Part shown: positions 10,840-20,000 of the stretch, piece by piece
How positions within the stretch are numbered: position 1 is the first letter of the stretch
Layout: each line of letters starts with the position of its first letter
Assembly: GCA_010405405.1 (NCBI GenBank)
Contig: MU004246.1
Location: forward strand, 486,504-506,503
Source: Microthyrium microscopicum
Lineage: Eukaryota
DNA: 20,000 bases
Direction: 5' to 3'
Translations under genes and position numbers: made by a program
Notes under the pieces: model-generated
Seen by the model: the letters and a program-made list of their open reading frames with translations, nothing else
What the model was told of the DNA's origin: nothing
Databases searched by the model: none

Positions 10840-11851
10840 TATCAAGTTCGACCTATTCGGATATTAAAGAAAGTGTAAAAGAACAGAAACGGACCAAATA
10901 GATGTAAGAGAAGGACCAAGGACTAAAGCAGGGGATATATATTGTACTATGCTTCCTGAGGCGTTCGTAATGACTACTGACAACCAAATCATGATCGTCT
11001 GGTGAAATAACAGTCGATTCCTTTTTCTCAACATCAATTACGATGTTTATACACTATCCCCACGAGTCTCGTCAAATGGCATCATCACAACGTGCAACAT
11101 GCTCGCCGTGAGAAACAAGTTGTGGAGGCGGTCCAGACTTGCGGGGACTTCAAGCTCTTTTTAGCTCAGATTCGTGCATCGTACCTTGCATGTTGGCGTT
11201 AGTGACAGATGCAAAAGCCGTCCGCCGGGAATGCTCATTTTGGAAAAGAAGACGAAGAAGTTGAAGTTGTAGAAACACGTTACAGAAGGCTCAATTGTGA
11301 TTGGAAGACTCCAAACGCGCTTCCAATGCGCCTCAAAATTTGCCAAGAGATTCGGCGCGTTCTAGGGGTGTCTCTTTTGATGCTATTAGGCTGGCTATAC
11401 TTGAGAATATAACTTTTGGGGACCGCGTGCATGCTCGTGTGGGATGTCAAATTCAACATAGGAGTTGCTACGGCTCTCCAAGATACTCCTGGGAAAAGCA
11501 TGATCGTCAACAAGAGTGTAGCAAACAAGCTGACCAGTGAGGGTTCAGTGACCATGACGAACAGGATAGAAAAAGGGTGCGGCGATGACCATCGGATTCG
11601 ATCAGTTTTTACATTTTTTGGCTCAACTCGACTCGAGAGTGAGTTGAGGGCTCTGAAAGCGTTGATAGAGACATTAGAACCAGCCGTTAACCTTGTTACC
11701 TCCACATCTTTCACCAGACGCGTCGTGCACGTAGCCATCCGCTTCATACACCCATTGAACAAATCATACCTCATAGATCATACTAAACTGTTTGGCGAAT
11801 CGACGGTCCCACATAGTCCATGAAAACCTGTGGTTTCTAAGTTCTGGCTTC

Positions 11852-13489
11852 TCAACCAGATTTAATGGAGGAATGACTTCCAGTTCCTCGACCGGATGAG
11901 CTCACGTCGGATGCGCTCGATGGTTCCCAGATACTTGGACCGTCGGGAGGAGCAGCTCGACCTGTTGGATGGCCTCGAGCAACATCTGCTAGTGTTCCGT
12001 TGATGCCGACAAGATCCCAGGCGAAGACACCACATTCCTGGATTGCTTTGAGGAAGGCAAGATCATTCATAGTGCTTGCTGGCTGTGGAGGTGGCATTGG
12101 TGGGCCACCAAAGGCATGAGGCATACCAGGATAGGCCATCGGCGTGAAGCCTGGGGGTGCAAAAGGTTGGTATATTGCACCTTGGACGCCCCAAGGAGCG
12201 GCAAAGAAGCCGGTGTAGGGAGGGGCCGGAATCTGGGGCTTGGGCATCACAGTGTCCTGCATTGCATCTGGAAGAATAGGTCGAGCACGTCTCAGACAGA
12301 CAACCAATCCATCGGAAGTACAAGAGACAATTGCCTCTAGCTCAATAGGGGGTTCGATAGGGGAAGATGGAGAGTCCACACCCGAGGATGATGTATTGGC
12401 AGTGTGGACGCTGTCTGGCGTGACATTCTCATCGCGAACTGAGTGATTCTGCTGAGCTCGAGCTGGGCCAGCAGAATTGCCATGGTGAGTACCATTGCTG
12501 GAGCCGTTCTCATCAGCCTCGGACTCGGACGCGCCAGCATCGGTCATCTCAGCATCAGTATCGTCCTCGGAAGGCGATTCGGAAGGCTGATCATCCTGGC
12601 GTGGGTCACGGAACAAGAAGCGTAGGTATGCCACAGAATCATTTCCTTTCGCAGTTTCCAAGCACTGCACTGCATCTTCAAGGCAAGCTTCAGAGATGCA
12701 GTAGTAGAAGCTGCGGCCTTTCATGTTCTCTCCAGAAATGCCAATAACGTCTTCAATGCCACTGGTGGCATACATGATCGTACATGTTCGCGTAAAGCGA
12801 TTGAGAAATAGAGCTGCACGAGGCTCGTGGGTTTGCTCGTGAGCATTTTGCTGAAAGCGAGCAGAAAGATGCTGCTCTTGTAAGCCTATGAAATTCGATA
12901 CGAGAATCAACAACTTGCCTGAAGCATATGATAACGAGGATCTTGTGGAGAGGATGTAAACAAGCGGCGCGCAATTGGTGCCTCCCCTCGTCGGACTATC
13001 AAACCTGATTAGTGAAGCTTCTCGACTTCCCTGTTGGTCACATACTATCTCCAGCTGGTCCTTGACGATAGATACTGGTACAAGCTACCATTACATTGTA
13101 CACAATCGAAAAACAACATTCGCATCTGCTCGGAGAATTAGATTTGAGGTTCACTGGTGCGGGCGAAAGACTCTAGCGTACCGAATCCAATCACCGTTGC
13201 GATTTTTGATATCGCAATAAGTCAATACAGAAGCCTTGTCCATCTCAAGACTTCGGCCGTGAACTTTCTTCGCGCCATCAAGCTCGGCACCCTTGAAGAA
13301 CTCCCATGTGGAGCTGTTGACCACTTCGTCAGGCGTGTAGCCCAGAACATCGACAATAGAGTCTGAAGAGTACAAGATTATTGCCTCGGCAGATAGATCT
13401 AGCGCGATTAGTTTTCAATCAAGAACACTCGCCATACTCGGCAATCATGGACGATTCGTACCATGAATTGTGATAAAGGTGATCTCCAT
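11852..13489 (-). CDS. Fungal PAS-domain-containing protein (two PAS-like folds, no evident output domain), about 473 aa, 5 exons
   Basis: Exons are 13489-13462, 13398-13182, 13125-13046, 12995-12919 and 12871-11852 (sum 1422 nt). PAS-like motifs: 'TFITIHDLSAEAIILYSSDSIVDVLGYTPDEVVNSSTWEFF' and 'TIMYATSGIEDVIGISGENMKGRSFYYCI'. These are followed by an acidic/Ser insert, ELEAIVSCTSDGLVVCLRRARP and a Pro-rich tail. Confidence 0.85.
12872..12918 (-). other. Non-canonical GC-AG spliceosomal intron (47 nt), intron 4 of the PAS gene
   Basis: The minus strand reads CAG|GCAAGT...GGCTTAC...GAGCAG|CAT. Removing it joins PRYHMLQ to HLSARFQQ in frame. The only nearby GT alternative would give an implausibly short 29-nt intron. 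Confidence 0.8.
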
Positions 13490-13501
13490 GGTCAATGGTA
13501 G

Positions 13502-13517
13502 TAGTGCTCGAGCACTA
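13502..13517. repeat. Perfect 16-bp palindrome TAGTGCTCGAGCACTA
   Basis: Read directly; it lies 12 nt upstream of the PAS gene ATG at 13489 (-). Confidence 0.85.
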
Positions 13518-14575
13518 GTCAGTCACGACAATAGAATACCGTAGTCACGTAAGGTAGACCTAAAAGCCTGTAACCTTCTTGAACGCGACTGTATTCGGCA
13601 ACAAAGTTGAGGTTCTGACGATTGTCAGAAATGGAGGTTGGGATGCCTTGAAGCACGTTTCTTCTGCCCACCAACTGACAAGGAAGTCGCGACTTGCAAA
13701 AAAGGCAAGAACGAGTCTACACAGACTACGAGCCAATTTGTTCCAGTTTTCGAGTTTCCACGACCCTCAAAGACCTTTAAGTAACCGTTCGGCTAGACGA
13801 TGGTGGTGCGGAGGACCGGCAAATTCCGCATTGACTGGTCGACAATGGCCACTATCCAACATACTGGTATCTAGGGCGTTCATAAGCAGCACAAATCCAC
13901 GAGTCCAAGTTGCAATGTGTTACACTGGCAGAGAGTATACCAGCTGAACGGATACCAGCTTCGTCAATGGTCGTTTATGCAGCGCTCTGGTGGGTCAACG
14001 CCACGAAGCTGCATGACGTAGGCCCGATTACAACTTGTAGAGAACAAATAGCGAAGCAGAAGCCGAGAGGGGAACTTCTTCACAACGGCAAAGACCAGCC
14101 ATACTCTGGATCAAATTCTGAGGAGTCACGTCAAAATCAATGATAATAAGCAGGCAAGTCTTGGCGCATTTGAAGCTTTCAACGATACGACTCTTAGAAC
14201 TCGATGGAATGCATAAGTCTGAGCAAACACCATGAGGCGCATGTCGTTCGTAAAGCGACCACTTTTCGGGCCCATCACGACATCTTGAACGTAAAGCCCA
14301 GTCCAGAGCCAGAAAGACGGAAACATTTGCCCATCTTTGACGTTGTACAACATAGCGGATCTCCACTGCTGGACATACACGAAAAGCCACCACCATTGCC
14401 AGCCGTCTATATCCAAATCTTCGTTCAGGCTGAACCTATCATGCCAGCCGCAGAGAGCGAGCAATTGGACTGCATGAACGGAAGGCCTGTACCGACGCAG
14501 GGTTCCTGTACTAGCATTGAGGAGTCAGGACGCTGGAGTTGACTCCGCATGCAGCACGTTGACCAGTTGGGAAAG

Positions 14576-14597
14576 CATATATATACATATATATATG
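14576..14597. repeat. Short interrupted (TA)n microsatellite
   Basis: catatatatacatatatatatg. Confidence 0.8.
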
Positions 14598-14914
14598 TGT
14601 CCCAAAACCTTCTGTATACTCTGGCATCACAAAGGCAGTGTTTCTTTCAATAGACTACCTTGTGCAAGAACTGTGCAAACTAAGTAATGGACTGCTCACA
14701 ACAGATGAAGATGCCAAAGTCAAGCCCTCTAGATTGAGTCGCACATTGTCCCCATAGGTATACCGCACACCGCATGATATTCGGATCATTCCATTTGTTG
14801 AAGCGGTAGCATGTAGCACGATATAGCATGGAAGCTGGTTTATACAATGGCGCGTAAACTTGGGGTATTGAATTTGTTCAGGTGTAGAGGATCTCTAATA
14901 CACAACGTAACGGA

Positions 14915-15231
14915 TCATTTCTTGCCAGACTTCTTGATACCCTGCTGACCTGTGTTCATTGGGCCCTTTTTTCCAGACGTGGATTTCGCAAGTTCTTCGC
15001 GCGCCTTCTTGTCTGCGTGCGGCGTCAGATTATGGATGGATGATGGAGGCTCGGGTCGAAAAGACATACCAGCTTGTTGTTTGGCTTTGAATGCCTTGTC
15101 TTCGTCATCTTCGTCGACTTGCTTCTTTTTTGGCTTCTTGTTGTGGATCGGGTTTGTCCCGCCTGGAGAATTAGCACTTGCTGAAGCTCTTGGGTAACAG
15201 ATGGGGACTTACTGCCTTGTCCTGAAGGCAT
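14915..15231 (-). CDS. TMA7: Translation machinery-associated protein 7, 69 aa, 3 exons
   Basis: Exons are 15231-15213, 15162-15070 and 15012-14915. Introns are GTAAGT...GCTAAT...CAG (50 nt) and GTATGT...CTGAC...CAG (57 nt). Product: MPSGQGSGTNPIHNKKPKKKQVDEDDEDKAFKAKQQADKKAREELAKSTSGKKGPMNTGQQGIKKSGKK. 'D.AFK.KQ.AD' and the C-terminal 'GIKKSGKK' are Tma7 hallmarks. Confidence 0.93.
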
Positions 15232-16034
15232 CTTGTGGAATGTAAGCGTGCGAGCTTGAAGTGGACTTGTAATTATGGTTGAGACAGTAGAAATTGAGTC
15301 TAAAGAGGGTGAATTCTCCAACAAAGGTTGAGGAATTTTTACAGATGGCAAAGTGACGGAAGAAATGCCTTGACATCGCGGGGACAAAACGTGGGGCTCA
15401 ACCTAATTTTCACCACATCCTTGTCCATGGTAATAAAAGTAACTTAGTGACATTCACGGTTGCTACCTTTTACTTCTTGCCCGGCATCAATGATATCCAG
15501 TGAATATGATACAAGATGAAAGATCAAAGAGTCACTCCCTGAAACACAAATCAATGCCAGTCGCAGTCTCGGTTGCTGGAATCTTGACAAATTGACAAGC
15601 TCATTACACACGCTACGCGATCAAGCAGCAAACTTTAAGAACGACTACAAAGAAATAGAGAAATCAGAGGGACAAAAAAACTGGCAAAGGTACAGATCAA
15701 CTTAGAGTACCTACCAAGTGCCAAAGAGGGGGAAAACATTGAACCCTAGCACGTCTTACCTAAGGAATATTTGCTCTTGTCATTGGTTGTTCACTGCTAG
15801 CCAGCTGCCGTCTTACTTCTTTCGGCTTTGCTTACCGGAAAATTGTACTCTTGAAACATTACTAAGGCTTCCTGCTGAAGCTTTTCTTCATCAGCTGGTT
15901 GCTTCCTGCCTAACTTTCTGGCCCGCTTCGATACTAACTTCACTCAACCTATACCTGCTGCTTGACTTCCCTCTTGTTGCTTCAAATCATCATTGTCGCT
16001 CACTGCGCAACTTGCGCAAAGTCTGTTGACATTC

Positions 16035-18512
16035 ATGGCCTCTACTGCTTCTCCTGCTTCAGCATCTGACGGCGAGATAGTTGAGATGGCGTCCTCCAAG
16101 GCACTTGGTGATCAACCCAAAATTAAAGACAGTCAGGTTGACCGTTCTAGACATATACCCTCGCCTTCAGCATTCTCACCCGCAAGCTCTGCTGGCGCTG
16201 AGGGTGCATCATACCGATCTAGGTCACGATCACGATCGCGCTCTCCTTATCGACATCGATCTCCACGAGGAGAAAAACGCGCACGCGGAGATAGTCAGGA
16301 CCGAGATCACAACGACGAGCGAAGATCCAGACCTCGTCATGATGATTCACGTCGAGGACGTGGAGGTGTAGGCGATCGTCGTGGCGACCATCAAGTTCCG
16401 CGTCGCGATAATCGAGAGCGAGGTCATTCTGACCAGGCTGCATATGGTCAAAGTCGACAGGAACACGATCGATACACTCGAGATAATCATGCGCGTGACA
16501 AGCCTGACACCAATCGAAACCAAAACCGAGACAACAGTCACCGAGATAATCGCAATGGTAATCGCAAGCGAAGCAGATCCCCATACTCCCATCGCAAAGA
16601 TTCTTACCGTCAGCAAAGCAGTCGTAATGGCTCAAGCCGTCAAGCCAGTCCACGACGTCATCCTCCTTCTGCACTTCGTAACTATGAGGCACGTGAACAG
16701 AATGCTAAGAATGGTAATAGTGTGAGTTTCTCGGTTCCAGCGTCGCACAAGGAGAAAGCCAGCTCTCAGGATCAGCGAAATGGGCCTGCTAATGGAGCTG
16801 CTGAATCAAGTTTGGAAAATGTAGCAGCACCACTCACAGAAGCCGAGGAAGCAGCTCAAATTGAAATGCGACGGAAGAAGCGAGAAGCACTCAAAGCAAA
16901 GCTAAAGACTCAACCCTCACCACTGCTTGCACAAGCTTTGCACCATGGAAATGATTCTGGTCCAGCAACTCCAAAGGCTGGCGACATCACTCCTGGTGAG
17001 TCAGGATCAGGTATAACCTCCACATTCCAGAATCCAGATTTCAAGCTAATTTTCATCCCAGTCTCCCCAGTTGTCGCCTCACCAGCTTCAGAAGCGGCCC
17101 TCAACTCACCAGCTCCATTTCAAATTCAAAAAGATGAGGATCTTGCGAACCACAAGGTCGAAACAGGTGAACCAGAAGGAGACTCGCCGTCCGCGGCAGA
17201 CTACGATCCCACCCTGGACATGAAAGAAGATCGAGCTCGTCACGACCATAGATTGGTTACAGATGGAGCCGACCTCAGTTCATCCGCCTACGACGAAACC
17301 AAAGATTCACACGACGTTCCAATGCCAGATGCTAAACCCAAAAAGTCGAGCGATGATGAATTTGACATGTTTGCCGCTAGTTCCGACGATGATGATATGT
17401 TCGCTGAAGGTCCGGTTAAGCCTACCACTAAAACCAAATCCAAATCTAAGCAATTAGCTGCCAACCTGCTTGACAACTGGGACGATCACGAAGGATACTA
17501 TCGCATCATTCTCGGAGAACTGCTAGACGGACGTTACCATGTCAATAGTATTTTGGGCAAAGGAATGTTCTCCGCAGTTGTGCGTGCCGAAGATGAACAA
17601 ACCGGAAAAGTCGTCGCCATCAAAATCATTCGCACCAGCGATGCAATGAAAAAAGCTGGTCTCAAAGAGATCGACATATTGAAGACATTGTCAGATGCAG
17701 ATCCCGATGGCAAGCGATGTGTCATTCACCTCGAGCGGTCTTTTGAGCATAAAGGCCATCTATGCATGGTCTTTGAGAACCTCAGCCTCAATCTACGGGA
17801 AGTATTGAAGAAATTTGGTCGTGATGTTGGCATCAGCTTGAAAGCTGTGAGGTCTTATGCTCGGCAGATGTTCATTGGACTCACACTCTTGAAAAAGTGT
17901 AACATTGTTCACGCCGACTTGAAACCGGACAACATGCTCGTTAACGATGCACGAAATCTGATGAAGATATGCGATCTGGGCTCTGCTGCAATAGCACCAG
18001 TATCGGCCACCGATATCACACCATATCTCGTGAGTAGATTCTATCGAGCACCCGAAATCATGCTTGGAATGCCTTACGACTTTGCCATTGACACTTGGGC
18101 CGTCGGCTGCACTCTCTTCGAACTTTTCACAGGCAAGATTCTTTTTGCTGGCCGTAACAATAACCAAATGCTTCGATGTATCCAAGAATGCCGTGGACAA
18201 ATCACTCTCAAGATGCTGAAAAAGGCTAACCTCTGGGATCAGCATTTCGACAACAACCTGCGATTCAAAAGCGCTGAAAAAGACCCAGTTACAAACAAAG
18301 ATGTCGTCAAGCTGCTCAACTTCACCAAACCTACTAAAGACTTGAAGTCAAGGCTGAGAAAAGCATCTAGAGGTTTCACAGGTCTCAACAACAAAGATCT
18401 GGATATGTTTATCGATTTGTTGGAAAAGTGCCTCCTACTGAATCCAGAGAAGCGTATTACACCTGCTGATGCTTTGAACCACCCTTTTCTCAAATCCTCG
18501 GCCTCGCTCTAG
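16035..18512 (+). CDS. prp4: Serine/threonine-protein kinase Prp4 (PRPF4B/Prp4k; CMGC group splicing kinase)
   Basis: First ATG is at 16035 (the track start is a TTG). It has an N-terminal RS/RD-rich region, then SAADYDP, DMFA and 'DNWDDHEGYYRIILGELLDGRY'. Kinase motifs: LGKGMFSAVVRA, VAIKIIR, LNLREVLKKFGRDVGI, HADLKPDN, DLGSA, TPYLVSRFYRAPE. A probable in-frame intron ends at 17061, giving 825 aa unspliced and about 803-808 aa spliced. Confidence 0.95.
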   Translation: MASTASPASASDGEIVEMASSKALGDQPKIKDSQVDRSRHIPSPSAFSPASSAGAEGASYRSRSRSRSRSPYRHRSPRGEKRARGDSQDRDHNDERRSRPRHDDSRRGRGGVGDRRGDHQVPRRDNRERGHSDQAAYGQSRQEHDRYTRDNHARDKPDTNRNQNRDNSHRDNRNGNRKRSRSPYSHRKDSYRQQSSRNGSSRQASPRRHPPSALRNYEAREQNAKNGNSVSFSVPASHKEKASSQDQRNGPANGAAESSLENVAAPLTEAEEAAQIEMRRKKREALKAKLKTQPSPLLAQALHHGNDSGPATPKAGDITPGESGSGITSTFQNPDFKLIFIPVSPVVASPASEAALNSPAPFQIQKDEDLANHKVETGEPEGDSPSAADYDPTLDMKEDRARHDHRLVTDGADLSSSAYDETKDSHDVPMPDAKPKKSSDDEFDMFAASSDDDDMFAEGPVKPTTKTKSKSKQLAANLLDNWDDHEGYYRIILGELLDGRYHVNSILGKGMFSAVVRAEDEQTGKVVAIKIIRTSDAMKKAGLKEIDILKTLSDADPDGKRCVIHLERSFEHKGHLCMVFENLSLNLREVLKKFGRDVGISLKAVRSYARQMFIGLTLLKKCNIVHADLKPDNMLVNDARNLMKICDLGSAAIAPVSATDITPYLVSRFYRAPEIMLGMPYDFAIDTWAVGCTLFELFTGKILFAGRNNNQMLRCIQECRGQITLKMLKKANLWDQHFDNNLRFKSAEKDPVTNKDVVKLLNFTKPTKDLKSRLRKASRGFTGLNNKDLDMFIDLLEKCLLLNPEKRITPADALNHPFLKSSASL
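16996..17061 (+). other. Probable stop-free in-frame intron in prp4 (donor 16996 or 17011)
   Basis: Donor GTGAGT (16996) or GTATAA (17011), branch site GCTAAT (17045-17050), acceptor CAG (17059-17061). Lengths are 66 or 51 nt, both multiples of 3. Confidence 0.7.
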
Positions 18513-20000
18513 AAGAAACAGAAGCCAAGACAAAGGATTCGGACCTCTCCTGGGACTTATTAGAGCTCCCAAGAGCTTCTGAAGCATCTTTACTCCATTT
18601 TCATACGGCCTCGATCTAGCAGAACTTGAAGTCGGAGCATTATAATCTTTGCATTCACCACCAACATGACAGAGTTGTTCTTCCTGAATCACTAGAACAT
18701 ATCAAGTTCTCACGGAACGTCAATCGAGATGTCATTCTGGTCCGATATTCTCCAGACCTTCGCTGTACTGACTGGCATTATTTTAAGGTAGCTTTATGCA
18801 TTCGGATCACAACTTGGAAGTGCTCCAAGACCTGTGTTCTGCCGCCGTTGGGTTTTGTCATTGAGAAACTGATAGTATGATTAAAAAGCACCGCCTGTAG
18901 CCAGCAGAATAACATTGATATATCTCAGCTAATCACTTGTGGTGATATGAACAGGTGATCAAATCGTCTCGATCGGTGTTGTACTCGATTTCATGAGTTT
19001 TATGGCCTCCAAATGTCTTTTCAACTGGAAACTATTGACTGCTATAACTCTGCTTGATCTCCATTAGGGGTTACGCACTGTAGAGAGGCAATCCCTTTTG
19101 TTTCGTTGAGCTTTAAAAGCAGTAAGTATGCGAGGAGAAGGAATACACTTCAACGGTCAGTCAATATCCCCAGTCTTTGGCATACTATTGACAACAATTA
19201 GACACTCCGACTACCACCATCCAGAAGCTGTTAGCTCTACAAAAACTTGTATTACACAGCAGCACCCGCAAACACAATGTACCACCTAGACGATTGGCTC
19301 ATCTTTTCTGGGGAATTGCACGTAACACAATATACTGCGGTTGTGTTCCCAAGAGTACGACGGAAAGAAATCCAGTTGGCTGCTCGGAAACAGAAAATAC
19401 TCTCCGCGTCACCCCAACAGACTTCCGTTCTAGTGATTTCTTGATATCGAGAATTCTAGAAACCAGAGTACTGATACATGGATTTGCGAACACGTTGATC
19501 ATCCTAGCGGCATAGCCGTTACACGGTTACGCCGTCTTTCATAGATTATGCATTAACCTGCGATGCTTCATTCAGGTCCAGTCAACCTCCGACGTCTTCA
19601 AATCCTTAGTACGCCGTATTACAGATCGCAGCAGAGGCCATGCACCTCCGGTGGTTGGAATGAGCTTGATGATATTCAAGAGGCCGGTGGTGGTTGGACA
19701 GTCACAAGAAGCCGCAAATCCCCAGCCATACGGATCAACTTCCCAGCACTTGTACCTCCGAGCACATTACTCTTACAATTTACCGGTGTCGGCATGGTAT
19801 GACCATCTTTTCGAACCATGAGTGAGCCCATTATTGAGATCTGTATGGCACATGAAGCAAAGGATCCGGCGTGATCTAGACATGTCTCACACAAGCTCAT
19901 AGCAAATGGGGAGGGTTAGCAAACGAAATCGTGCAACATTTGTTTGCTCGTGTTCTAACCAAAAGCAGGTCTGCTAGGCTTTTATAGCTCTAGCACATAA

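Noticed and set aside
13579..14542. Cluster of 77-122 aa ORFs on both strands
   Set aside because: They overlap each other, have no domain signatures and give no splice-consistent model. Treated as PAS promoter / TMA7 downstream sequence.
15490..15542. Possible box C/D snoRNA (ATGATA...CTGA)
   Set aside because: Box C does not match RTGATGA, and no terminal stem or rRNA-complementary guide was recognised.
17974..17982. DLG instead of DFG in the kinase activation segment as a sign of inactivity
   Set aside because: The Asp is retained, DLG is a common functional variant that I recall in fungal Prp4 kinases, and the other catalytic motifs are intact.
18513..20000. Short ORFs downstream of prp4
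   Set aside because: All are 84 aa or shorter, with no motifs and no convincing intron structure. No tRNA, LTR or TIR was seen.
1..20000. Prokaryotic-type systems (CRISPR, operons, IS elements) and stop-codon readthrough signals
   Set aside because: The sequence is intron-containing fungal DNA. There are no spaced repeats or transposase motifs, and no gene ends in a TGA-CTA readthrough context.

Overview
This is gene-dense eukaryotic DNA from a filamentous ascomycete (Pezizomycotina-type), judged from short 46-66 nt spliceosomal introns with CTRAY branch sites and from the fungal gene families present. I rebuilt eight complete genes by hand-splicing, plus one partial gene at the left edge. 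In order they are: a partial unknown CDS (-); a SnoaL/NTF2-like protein (+); a PTH11-like/fungal rhodopsin-domain membrane receptor without CFEM (-); a type II membrane DUF4097/putative-adhesin beta-repeat protein (+); an MDR-family NAD(P)H oxidoreductase (+); a secreted 'esterase-like activity of phytase' protein (-, 6 exons); a PAS-only protein (-, 5 exons, one GC-AG intron); TMA7 (-, not represented in the ORF track); and the Prp4 splicing kinase (+). I saw no tRNA, rRNA, CRISPR array or recognisable transposon, and I cannot support a claim of a new multi-gene system. The most interesting signals are at the RNA-processing level: a GC-AG intron and three stop-free in-frame introns, one of which would add a hydrophobic segment to a secreted enzyme. 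Also notable are the output-less PAS protein, a vacuolar-type sorting motif on the 'adhesin', and a few possible decayed gene relics. Family assignments are from motif recall, not database searches.
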